From positions 1 to 43,853 of IMG/VR virus record IMGVR_UViG_3300032225_001422: a DNA stretch of 43,853 nt, one strand, 5' to 3'. The translations under genes and the position numbers were made by a program. The first letter of the stretch is position 1. Each line of letters begins with the position of its first letter. Below are positions 8,564 through 17,123 of the stretch, one piece after another. The notes under the pieces are model-generated. The model was given only the letters and a program-made list of their open reading frames with translations. It ran no database searches and was not told the DNA's origin. The stretch comes from a virus. Lineage: Duplodnaviria; Caudoviricetes.

Positions 8564-9714
8564 TGACCGTCCTCACAGATACTCAGGTAGTCACCGCAAG
8601 CGGCGGGCTGGTGGAGTTGGGCTACTCGCAGATCACGAGCATTGTGACAGTTTCCAGCACTTCCGAGGGTGCATCCGGCACGAGCGTTATCCCCTCACTG
8701 ACAGTTGTGTGCGATGGAAGCCCGGTGTTGGTTGAGTTTTACGCGAGCCGTGTTGATGCTCCGGCTAACGCATCTGGCAACACGGTTATCACAAACCTGC
8801 TTTATGACGGTGCAAATCAGGGGCGCTTGACGGTAACCGGGTCTGGTAACAACGCCCAAATCCTAGCGCCTGCATTTGCCTCATTTCGGATGACGCCTGC
8901 TGCTGGCGTCCACACGTTTGCGGTTACCGCTTTCCGCAACAACGCAAACGGTTACATCTGGAACGACAGCAACGGCAGAGCCTTCCTCCGCGTATCCAAG
9001 ATCGTCCAAGCGACCCAGTGGCCCGCCGTCACCACCGGCACGATCATCTGCACCTCTAGCACCCGGCCCGCGAGTCCGTTTGCTGGGCAGCAGATTTATG
9101 AAACCGATACCTCGCGTTATTGGACTTACAGCACATGGGCGCAATGGGTTCCAGACGATATGGTATTCGCAACAGAAACCGCCCGCGATACCGCAATTCC
9201 TAGTGCTAATGCAACTGAAGGAATGCGGGCGTACATCACTGGTTCAACCGTGGCCGCCGCTACAGGCGAGTTTACAGCAGTGCCGACGGGCATTCAGACG
9301 ATCTATAACGGTTCGTCGTGGGTTTGCATCACCCCTGTTGGAACGCGCACGTCAAATACGGGCCAAACCACTTCCAATACTTACACCGCAACCCTGACGG
9401 GAACGCCCGGAACAAATGGAAGCCTCACCCTCTCAACTGGCACCACTGCCCTAGTTGCCATTGCATCGCACATAAGCGCCTCAGCGAGTGCGCAATCATG
9501 CGTTTCGGTTGCCGTGTCTGGAGCCACGACGCTTGCCGCCAGCGACACTTGGGATATCGAGTCCACTTCAACGTCTGCATACACTACGGCTGCAAGAACC
9601 TTTGTCTTGACTGGTCTTACTGCTGGAACAAATACGTTCACGCTTCAGTATCGAAGCAATGTAGGAACGTGCCAAGTCGCACACCGTTGTCTCACGGTTC
9701 AGGGCATCGCGTAG
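8563..9714 (+). CDS. Putative tail fibre / receptor-binding protein
   Basis: Thr/Ser/Gly-rich; TSSTRPASPFAGQQIYETDT motif; next to collar protein. Confidence 0.65.
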   Translation: MTVLTDTQVVTASGGLVELGYSQITSIVTVSSTSEGASGTSVIPSLTVVCDGSPVLVEFYASRVDAPANASGNTVITNLLYDGANQGRLTVTGSGNNAQILAPAFASFRMTPAAGVHTFAVTAFRNNANGYIWNDSNGRAFLRVSKIVQATQWPAVTTGTIICTSSTRPASPFAGQQIYETDTSRYWTYSTWAQWVPDDMVFATETARDTAIPSANATEGMRAYITGSTVAAATGEFTAVPTGIQTIYNGSSWVCITPVGTRTSNTGQTTSNTYTATLTGTPGTNGSLTLSTGTTALVAIASHISASASAQSCVSVAVSGATTLAASDTWDIESTSTSAYTTAARTFVLTGLTAGTNTFTLQYRSNVGTCQVAHRCLTVQGIA

Positions 9715-9727
9715 CGCCGCCTAACCA

Positions 9728-10798
9728 ATGACCCTCACCCTCCTCCTCTCCGGCTCCAAGAACGCGAGCATCGTCGGCGTCGCAGGCGCAGCGACCGCCG
9801 CAGCGACGGCGCCCGTCGCAAGCGTTCGCACGGTTCCGGTCGCCTGCGCCGCGACAGGAGGAGCGACCGCCCCCACGCTCTCGATCAGCGTCACCGCGAC
9901 GAGCGCCGCAGCGACCGCCGCAGCCACCGCGCCAGCAGTAGCCGAGAGCGTTGCGGTCCCCGCAGGAAGCGCAACCGCCGCGACGAGCGCGCCTGCGGCA
10001 AGCGTCGGCGTTGCTGCGCCGAGCGCCGCAGCGACCGCAGCAGGAACCGCCCCGGCGCTTACCGAAGCCTTTGGCCCAACGTCGGCACTCGCAACCGCAG
10101 CGGCGACCGCGCCAGTTCCGACGCTCTCGATCTCCGCAACCGCAGGCGCGGCAACGGCGGCGCGCACGGCTCCGGCGCTCTCGATCACGATCTACGTTCC
10201 CGCAGCAGTTTCCACCGCAGCGGGCACCGCGCCACAGGAAGCAGAAGTCGTCACCGCCGTCGCCGCAAGCGCCAGCGCATCCACGACGGCACCAGCGTTC
10301 AGCATCGCGCCGCAGCCCCCCGCCGCTGCCGCGGGCGCAGGCGGAACCGCTCCCGCGATCTCCTACATCGTTGCGGTCGTCGCCGCGGCGAGCGCCGCAG
10401 GCGCCACCGCACCGACGCTTGTTGATGGCTTCAACCCGCCAGCCGCAGCCGCCACCGCAAGCGCCACCGCGCCGACTCCGAACATCACGCCATCAGTGTT
10501 CATCAGCGCGAGCATCGAAGGCGTGTTCACGTTTTTCCCGCGCTACGGATCCAAGCGCGGCGTCGCCGACGCGATGTCTCCCGCCTCAGGGCGTTCGGCC
10601 ACCGGTTCCGCGACAGGCGGCGCTCGCGGGACGGCGGGAACGGCCAGCGGCGACACCGGTCGCTCTCAGTCTGGAACCGCCTACCCCGCAAACGCGATCA
10701 CCACTGCTGGCCTGCTTCTCGCGCTCACCTGTTCCGCAACCGGGACCGGAGCGCGTGACTCAAGCGGCACCGCAACTCCTGCATCTGGAAGGAACTGA
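9728..10798 (+). CDS. Ala/Thr-rich repetitive putative appendage protein
   Basis: About 12 repeats of ~20 aa containing ATAAATAP-like units. Confidence 0.6.
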   Translation: MTLTLLLSGSKNASIVGVAGAATAAATAPVASVRTVPVACAATGGATAPTLSISVTATSAAATAAATAPAVAESVAVPAGSATAATSAPAASVGVAAPSAAATAAGTAPALTEAFGPTSALATAAATAPVPTLSISATAGAATAARTAPALSITIYVPAAVSTAAGTAPQEAEVVTAVAASASASTTAPAFSIAPQPPAAAAGAGGTAPAISYIVAVVAAASAAGATAPTLVDGFNPPAAAATASATAPTPNITPSVFISASIEGVFTFFPRYGSKRGVADAMSPASGRSATGSATGGARGTAGTASGDTGRSQSGTAYPANAITTAGLLLALTCSATGTGARDSSGTATPASGRN

Positions 10799-13077
10799 TG
10801 ACGACTAACGCGCTCCCGTCGCCGATGACTGGCTACTACAAGGGCAAGGGCGACGCAGCCGGTGCCTTGCAGCGGATGATCAGCACCGGTCGCGAACTTG
10901 CCAAGCAGGAGCGAAACCGCTGGCAGATGAACCGCTTTATGTACCGGGGCGAGCAGTGGATGCGCGCTCGTCCGGGCTCTGGCTTTTCATCAGGGCGACT
11001 CGAACTGCTGATGGACTCTCCTCGCGGTCGTCGTCGCGACACGTTCAACCGCCTTCGCCAAATGACCGATGGTCGGGTTTCGATGCTGACCGCAAGCCGC
11101 CCGCCATATGAGGTCGTCCCGCGCAACCGCGATCAGAACACCATTGACGCAGCGCGTCAGGCGACCAAGCTCATCGCGTCAAAGTGGGACGAGGGAGGTT
11201 GGAACGTCGGCGGCGCGATCCGCGAACTGGTTTTGAACGGCGAGATTGACGGCGTGTCGTTCCTCCACGTGTACTTCGACTCAAACGCTGGCGAGGTCAC
11301 GTACATCCCGTTCAGCCGCGAGACCGGCAAGCCGGTCGTGTCCCGCGAGGAGTACGAAGCACTTGAGATGGAGGATCCAGAGGGGAACTCCCTCTGGGAA
11401 TACCGCCCGATGAAAATGGGCGAGGTCGTTTGGCGCGTTGTGCGTCCCGGCGCCATCTCGGTTGATCCGAGCGCGGCGAAGTGGACCGACGCCCGCTGGG
11501 TCATGGAGTCGCGCGTGTTCCCGCGCTCGATCATCGAGCAGCAGACCGGCAAGAAGGTTGACGACATCCTGAAGCAGTCGTCGCAGTCAGGCGCCGCGAC
11601 GACTTCCGGCTTCAACCCGCGGGCCGATGTCGCCGCGCCGGTTTCCCTCGATGACGATGGAACTGCAAACTCCAACCGCATCGTTCCGGGCCGCGATGAG
11701 TTCTTGGTTCACGAGGCGTACATCAAGCCGGGCGGTGACTGGCCGAAGGGCTGCCACATCCGCTGGCTGGACCGCGCTCCGGGGATTCCGTTGATGATCG
11801 AGGACTTCATGGAGTCCGATCTTCCCTACCGCCCGTTCAATCCGAAGCCCGACGGCGGTCACTTTGTCCGCTGTCGCGGGACGGTGGATGAACTTCGCCC
11901 GATTCAGCAGCGCTTCAATCGGATCCTGTCGCTCCTTCACGAGTGGCTTGAGCGCGTGGCGCGTCCTCCGCTCATCGTGCCTGTCGGCGCCGTGCGCCAG
12001 CAAGAGATATACAACGATAAGGGCCTCATCGAAGTGCATCCCATCGGGGATCCGCACTTCATGCCGACCCCGAGCGAGCCGGTTGCGATGCTGACTCAGC
12101 ACCTCCAATGGTGCATTTCGCAGATGGCGGAGATCGCCAACCAGTCTGAGGCGCTTCGCGGCTTCTCTCCCGGTCAGGGCGTCGAGTCGGCCATCGGCAT
12201 CCAGACCCTTGCGCAGAACGCGGAAACTCAGCTTTCCGGGACCGCCGCGCAGGTGGCAACCGCCGTTGAGTGGGGGCTTTCGCGCTCGCTCTCTCTGGTT
12301 GCAAAGTACTACGTCATGCCGCGCCTGATTTCCGCTCCGGGAGTGGACGACGCAAACGAACTGCGTGCCTTCACCGGAGCGCAGATCAAGGGCGCGGAGG
12401 ACGTTCGGATCACCGCCTCGATCCTTCCGCAGAGCCGCGCCATGCAGTTTCAAACGCTCATGCAGTTGGCCCCGATCGTCGGCGGCGACATCCGTCCGTA
12501 TGTGGCCCGCTTCATGGAGGGCGACTACGAGGAGTTCATCGGCGCAGAGACCGCGCAGAGGAACCGTCAGAAGCGTGAGAACAACGCGCTTGCGGCGCTC
12601 GCGACCCTTCCCCAGCGCGATCAGATCTGGACCGACTTTCAGGGACTTCAGTCGAAGTACATGCAGGCTGCGCAGATGGCGCAGGCGCAGGGCGGCGACC
12701 CGATTCAGACGCTTGCCGCATCTGGAATCCAGCCGCCGACAGTCCTTGAACTTCTGCGCGATGCGGGAGTCGTCATTCCATCCGTCGAGGATTTCGATGA
12801 TCACGCGCAGCACCTTCGGACGCTGGACGACTGGCGTCTTGCCGACGGCTTCGATGCCGTTCACCCCCTCGTGCGTCAGGCAGCCCGTGAACACGCGGAG
12901 CAGCACAAGAAGATGATGACGCACACGCTGATGGGCATTGGTCAGCAGATGCCTCCGCCCGATCAGCAGAACCCGCAGGGCTCGCAGCCAGCCCCGAAGG
13001 GTCAGCCATCTCCTCCGAAGCAGCCCGGGGGAACGGCGCCAGCAGCAAACACAATGGCAATCGCAGGAGCGAACTAA
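10798..13077 (+). CDS. Portal protein
   Basis: 759 aa; FMYRGEQW..NRLRQMTD..RPPYEVVP, ELRPIQQRFNR, SAIGIQTL motifs; Gln/Pro-rich tail; precedes scaffold and capsid. Confidence 0.8.
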   Translation: MTTNALPSPMTGYYKGKGDAAGALQRMISTGRELAKQERNRWQMNRFMYRGEQWMRARPGSGFSSGRLELLMDSPRGRRRDTFNRLRQMTDGRVSMLTASRPPYEVVPRNRDQNTIDAARQATKLIASKWDEGGWNVGGAIRELVLNGEIDGVSFLHVYFDSNAGEVTYIPFSRETGKPVVSREEYEALEMEDPEGNSLWEYRPMKMGEVVWRVVRPGAISVDPSAAKWTDARWVMESRVFPRSIIEQQTGKKVDDILKQSSQSGAATTSGFNPRADVAAPVSLDDDGTANSNRIVPGRDEFLVHEAYIKPGGDWPKGCHIRWLDRAPGIPLMIEDFMESDLPYRPFNPKPDGGHFVRCRGTVDELRPIQQRFNRILSLLHEWLERVARPPLIVPVGAVRQQEIYNDKGLIEVHPIGDPHFMPTPSEPVAMLTQHLQWCISQMAEIANQSEALRGFSPGQGVESAIGIQTLAQNAETQLSGTAAQVATAVEWGLSRSLSLVAKYYVMPRLISAPGVDDANELRAFTGAQIKGAEDVRITASILPQSRAMQFQTLMQLAPIVGGDIRPYVARFMEGDYEEFIGAETAQRNRQKRENNALAALATLPQRDQIWTDFQGLQSKYMQAAQMAQAQGGDPIQTLAASGIQPPTVLELLRDAGVVIPSVEDFDDHAQHLRTLDDWRLADGFDAVHPLVRQAAREHAEQHKKMMTHTLMGIGQQMPPPDQQNPQGSQPAPKGQPSPPKQPGGTAPAANTMAIAGAN

Positions 13078-13338
13078 TTGAGCACAGCATCGTCAGAGAT
13101 CATCCAGTCCGGCTTCGGTCAGGGGTTCTCGAAGGAGGTTGAGGCGATCCTTGCAGTGGCGGATCGCGGCCTCCTCTACGCACAGGAGATTCGGGAGAAT
13201 CTTCAGAAGGCGGGCATGGTCATCTACGAGAAGATTGACCTCCCCGACATCGAGCCTCCTCGTATTGACGTTCAGGACGATCCTGAGCAGTGGGTAAGCG
13301 ACGAGATTGAAACCACCGATGAGGAGTACGCAGAATGA
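13078..13338 (+). CDS. Small acidic hypothetical protein
   Basis: AGGAG SD; ATGA overlap with next gene. Confidence 0.55.
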   Translation: MSTASSEIIQSGFGQGFSKEVEAILAVADRGLLYAQEIRENLQKAGMVIYEKIDLPDIEPPRIDVQDDPEQWVSDEIETTDEEYAE

Positions 13339-14135
13339 GCACGGACTTTCCCCCGCAGGGGATGGAGAACGCAGATCCTCCGCAGCCGGAGGCTCCGGCA
13401 GAGCCGCAGAACAACGCTTGGGAGCCGTGGCAGCAGGCCGGTTGGCAGCCTGACGAGGTGAACCCCTACGAGGTTCGTCAGGCGTATGACGGCTGGCAGG
13501 CGCTTGGCAACCGCGACACTCGCGGCTACATGCTTGAGCGGATGCTTCAGGGCAATGAACTCCCGGAAGGGATGTCGTGGGGTGAGGCGCAGGAAGCCAT
13601 CCAGCAGGCGTGGCAGCATCGTCAGGATCCGTTTGCCACGCAGGGCTATCAGCAGCAGGGGTACGACCCTTACGCGCAGCAGGGCGTTCCCTCGCAGCAG
13701 GACTACGCCGACGCCGCTGCGCAGGGCATTGACGCCTATCAGCTTCGCGAGATCTGGCAGCGCGATATGCAGCAGGAACTTCAGGGTTTTCAGCAGCAGT
13801 TGGAGCAGCAGTATCAGGATCGTCAGCAGGTCGAGGAGTTCACCCGCGGAATGGATCAGTTGAAGGCGCAGCACGGCCTCAACGATTCCGATATGGCCTT
13901 CCTCGCTCCTCGCGCCGCTGACTACGCTCAGTCGGGCGGCAACATCTCGCAGTCAATTGATCAGGCGTTCAAGGACTTTGATGAGTGGCGTCGCTCCGCA
14001 GTCGCTTCGATGGCGCAGCAGCAGTCGCAGGCGCCGCAGGGCTTCTCGCCCGGTGGCCTTCCCGCATCGCCGGAGCAGCCTCCGCGTTCGCTGGCAGAGG
14101 CACGCAGTTACATGGAGTCGCAGTTCCCCGGTTGA
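13335..14135 (+). CDS. Putative scaffolding protein
   Basis: Acidic, Gln-rich, helical; immediately upstream of the capsid gene. Confidence 0.65.
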   Translation: MSTDFPPQGMENADPPQPEAPAEPQNNAWEPWQQAGWQPDEVNPYEVRQAYDGWQALGNRDTRGYMLERMLQGNELPEGMSWGEAQEAIQQAWQHRQDPFATQGYQQQGYDPYAQQGVPSQQDYADAAAQGIDAYQLREIWQRDMQQELQGFQQQLEQQYQDRQQVEEFTRGMDQLKAQHGLNDSDMAFLAPRAADYAQSGGNISQSIDQAFKDFDEWRRSAVASMAQQQSQAPQGFSPGGLPASPEQPPRSLAEARSYMESQFPG

Positions 14136-14294
14136 TTATGGGAATTATCATTCGCTAGGGCATGACAGCCGTGCGTTTGTGTATATTCACAGACGCACGG
14201 CGGTTTGCTCTGGCGGGTGGGCGAAGTCCCCGGGAGGACGGTGCAGAGAAATCAATTTTTGCACTCATTCTTTCCATAAGGAGACTGATCCTAA

Positions 14295-15605
14295 ATGTCG
14301 CTTTATTCCGCGACTTCAGCCTTCGCCAAGGACGTTTGGCTCCCGGGGCTCAACTACGAGCTTCTGAGTGAGCCGGGCACGCTGCTTGGCTGGCTGGGTT
14401 CTTACACCGACTCGCGCGTAAGCGTGGATGTCGAAGGTCGCCGCACCTACCTGAAGCTCCGTATTGGTGACTCGCTTGGTCAGGGCACCATCTCGCAGGG
14501 CGGGGACTTCCCCAGCCCGGGCGACCCCACCTATGACGAGGCTCAGGTCAACCTCGCGCACCTCTCGCACGCTGTGTCCTTCACGATGGAGGAACTGGCC
14601 CTGCTTGAGAGCACCGAGGCTGCCGCTGTGCCGATCATGGCGGAGAAGATGACCGCCGCAAAGGAGGCTATGTCCTCCGACATCGAGCGTCAGGCTTGGG
14701 GTGACGGTACTGGCGTGCTCGCCAACGTCGCTTCTTCGTCGGGTTCGACCGTCACGCTCGACGCCACCACGACCTCGCAGATTGACCGCGACCGTTACGT
14801 GTGGATTGACGACGCCAACCGCGCTCGTTACGACGTTGTTCACGGTACGACCGGCGCTCAGCAGGTGACTGGCTTCACCGTGTCGGACATCAACGAGTCC
14901 ACCGATGTCCTCACCTGCTCGGCAACCATGACCAGCGCCACCAGCGCTGGCGTTGTGGTTCGCAGTGGCACGTGGGCCTCGGGTGGCGCGTTCAACTCGC
15001 TTGAGTTCCCCGGCCTAAAGGCCGCTGTAAGCGACAGCAACACCTACATGAGCATTGACCGCACCGCTTCCGGTAAGGGTTACTGGAAGTCAGTGGTCAA
15101 CGGCAACTCGGGGACGCTTCGTCCGCTGACCGAGGAGCTGATTCACCAGACGTTCAACAAGATCGCCCGTCGCTCTGGCAAGCACCCCGACGGCTCCTAC
15201 GCAGGCTTCGCCTCGCTGGGTTCGTGGACCGCTTACCACCAGATCATGACTCCGGGCCTTCGCTACACGGTGGATGGCACGGCGGACATCGGCTTTGGCC
15301 GTCCGCTTGAGATGCTGGGTGTGCCGCTTTACCGCGGCGCTCGCTGCCCGCGTAACTCGATCTACCTTCTCAAGAAGGACTCGATCAAGTTCGTGCGCCC
15401 GAAGAACACTGCTGCAAAGCCCGGCGACCTGCTGAACTTCGTGAACCTCGGTGGCAACGACTTCTTCCTGAAGAACGCCTCCACCGGTCAGGGTCACTCG
15501 GCTGCGGTCGCTGCCTACCTCGACGGCTTCCTCGGAATGATGACGACCCGTCCGCGTGACCACGCGGTGCTGGCCGACATTTCCGAGGTCGCAAGCGCCT
15601 ACTAG
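14295..15605 (+). CDS. Major capsid protein
   Basis: 436 aa, AAGGAG SD, strong codon bias; EKM..AKEAM..DIERQAWGDGTG helix; C-terminal strand pattern and position typical of HK97-fold MCP. Confidence 0.8.
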   Translation: MSLYSATSAFAKDVWLPGLNYELLSEPGTLLGWLGSYTDSRVSVDVEGRRTYLKLRIGDSLGQGTISQGGDFPSPGDPTYDEAQVNLAHLSHAVSFTMEELALLESTEAAAVPIMAEKMTAAKEAMSSDIERQAWGDGTGVLANVASSSGSTVTLDATTTSQIDRDRYVWIDDANRARYDVVHGTTGAQQVTGFTVSDINESTDVLTCSATMTSATSAGVVVRSGTWASGGAFNSLEFPGLKAAVSDSNTYMSIDRTASGKGYWKSVVNGNSGTLRPLTEELIHQTFNKIARRSGKHPDGSYAGFASLGSWTAYHQIMTPGLRYTVDGTADIGFGRPLEMLGVPLYRGARCPRNSIYLLKKDSIKFVRPKNTAAKPGDLLNFVNLGGNDFFLKNASTGQGHSAAVAAYLDGFLGMMTTRPRDHAVLADISEVASAY

Positions 15606-15616
15606 GTCATCTAGTC

Positions 15617-15946
15617 ATGGCACTTTCCGTCAACATCACCCGTACCGACACCGTTGGTCGGTACACCAAGTACAAGACCGGAACGATCACGTTCGACTCG
15701 TCCTACGCGACGGGTGGAGAGGCGCTTTCCGCAAGCACCTGTGGCTTTCCGTCGAAGGTGGAGTTCATTCAGCCTACGAACTCGGCTGGGTACATCTTCG
15801 AGTACGACTACACCAACGGGAAGTTGAAGGCGTACTACACGAGTAAGAGTGGGACGATTACCTCGCCGGGTCTCCCGGGTCCCGAGGTCGCCGCCTCCAC
15901 TGATCTGTCATCTGTCACCTGCCGCTTCATCGCGTTCGGTTACTAG
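15617..15946 (+). CDS. Putative capsid decoration protein
   Basis: ITFDSSYATGGE..GY.FEYD..KLKAY..EVA..TDLS..F.AFG directly after MCP. Confidence 0.6.
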   Translation: MALSVNITRTDTVGRYTKYKTGTITFDSSYATGGEALSASTCGFPSKVEFIQPTNSAGYIFEYDYTNGKLKAYYTSKSGTITSPGLPGPEVAASTDLSSVTCRFIAFGY

Positions 15947-16432
15947 ATGAGACTCGGCGGCGTCGTAAATGAACTCCTGTATCCCCACTGGAACTTCGTG
16001 GAGGGCGACCTTCATGACATCCACCGGAGGGTGACGGAATACGACGCCGAAGCTCGGCTGGCCCGGGACTCGTTCTCGGGCCAGCTCGGGCTTGCCCGAA
16101 GGGTCAACAATCCCGACCCTGACGGCGAAGGCCACTGTTGGCTGGTGGCAAAGCGTTTGACCAACGATGAGACCGGCGAGCCGATGACTGGCGAGCCTGA
16201 CGCCCGCGTGCTTGAGAAGCAGCGCGAAGCAGACGCATGGCGGATCGGCAATCTCGATGCGTGGCGTCGAACGTCGAACCGCATGTGGCAGATGAACGAG
16301 CAGGCGCGCATCGAGCGCAGCATCGAGAACAACATGGAGAAAGCCGAGGAGATGGTGTGGGTCGCCCGGCGTAAGGATCTCCACCACGAGGCTCCGGTTC
16401 AGATCACAAGGGACATCCCGTCAGATGGCTAG
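15947..16432 (+). CDS. Hypothetical protein
   Basis: ORF within head operon. Confidence 0.6.
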   Translation: MRLGGVVNELLYPHWNFVEGDLHDIHRRVTEYDAEARLARDSFSGQLGLARRVNNPDPDGEGHCWLVAKRLTNDETGEPMTGEPDARVLEKQREADAWRIGNLDAWRRTSNRMWQMNEQARIERSIENNMEKAEEMVWVARRKDLHHEAPVQITRDIPSDG

Positions 16433-17123
16433 CGGGGACTTTCAAGACCTTTACACAAAGGCGATCTACGGATCGCGTCGCGACCCTTCCGACTCGTTTG
16501 ACGTTGCTCGCGCAAAGGCTGCGATCAACGAAGCCCTGCTTGCCGTGTCGTTCACCGGAGACCCGTGGAACTGGCTGCTGAAGGAGGGTGAGTTCACCCT
16601 TCAGGCTGGCGCCGACACCTACACCTACGCAACGATCGGATCGGCACTCGGGACGCAGGTTTCGGAACTGTTCTCGTTTGTCATGGACTCGGGCGACGGC
16701 GGCTACCGGCTTGAGTCAATGACTTGGGACGGTCTTGAGAACGCGACCTATTCAACGCAGGACAATGAGTCATCCGGTGAGCCGATCTTCTGGGCTGCGT
16801 GGGACGGGCGCGTGCGGTTCTTTCCACGCCCGGATTCCGCGTATGTGATCGGTTGCTTTTACCGCGCGTACCAGACCGAACTTGAGAACGACGCAGACAC
16901 GCCACTCATGCCTCTTGAATGGCGCACGCGCCTTTTGGTCCCCTACGCCTGTTCGCGCCTGCTTCGTCAGGAAGGCGGCGGCGAGGCTGCGACCGAGGCT
17001 GACCGCTACATGGCCGAGTATCAGGCCGCGTTCCGCGAGTGCAGGACCGCGCTTGCGACTGCGAAGGAGCCTGACATCAGGGTTGCGACCCCCGCGTGGC
17101 GCGACCAGATGTGGATGGGCTGA
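16425..17123 (+). CDS. Head-tail adaptor-like protein
   Basis: AINEA..W.WL..YT..GEP..W..RFFPRPD..Y..DTPLMP.EW motifs. Confidence 0.7.
   Translation: MASGDFQDLYTKAIYGSRRDPSDSFDVARAKAAINEALLAVSFTGDPWNWLLKEGEFTLQAGADTYTYATIGSALGTQVSELFSFVMDSGDGGYRLESMTWDGLENATYSTQDNESSGEPIFWAAWDGRVRFFPRPDSAYVIGCFYRAYQTELENDADTPLMPLEWRTRLLVPYACSRLLRQEGGGEAATEADRYMAEYQAAFRECRTALATAKEPDIRVATPAWRDQMWMG

Noticed and set aside
7460-9714. Diversity-generating retroelement acting on tail fibres
   Set aside because: No reverse transcriptase and no template/variable repeat pair seen
11587-12924. 445-aa minus-strand ORF
   Set aside because: Antisense shadow of the portal gene; common in GC-rich DNA
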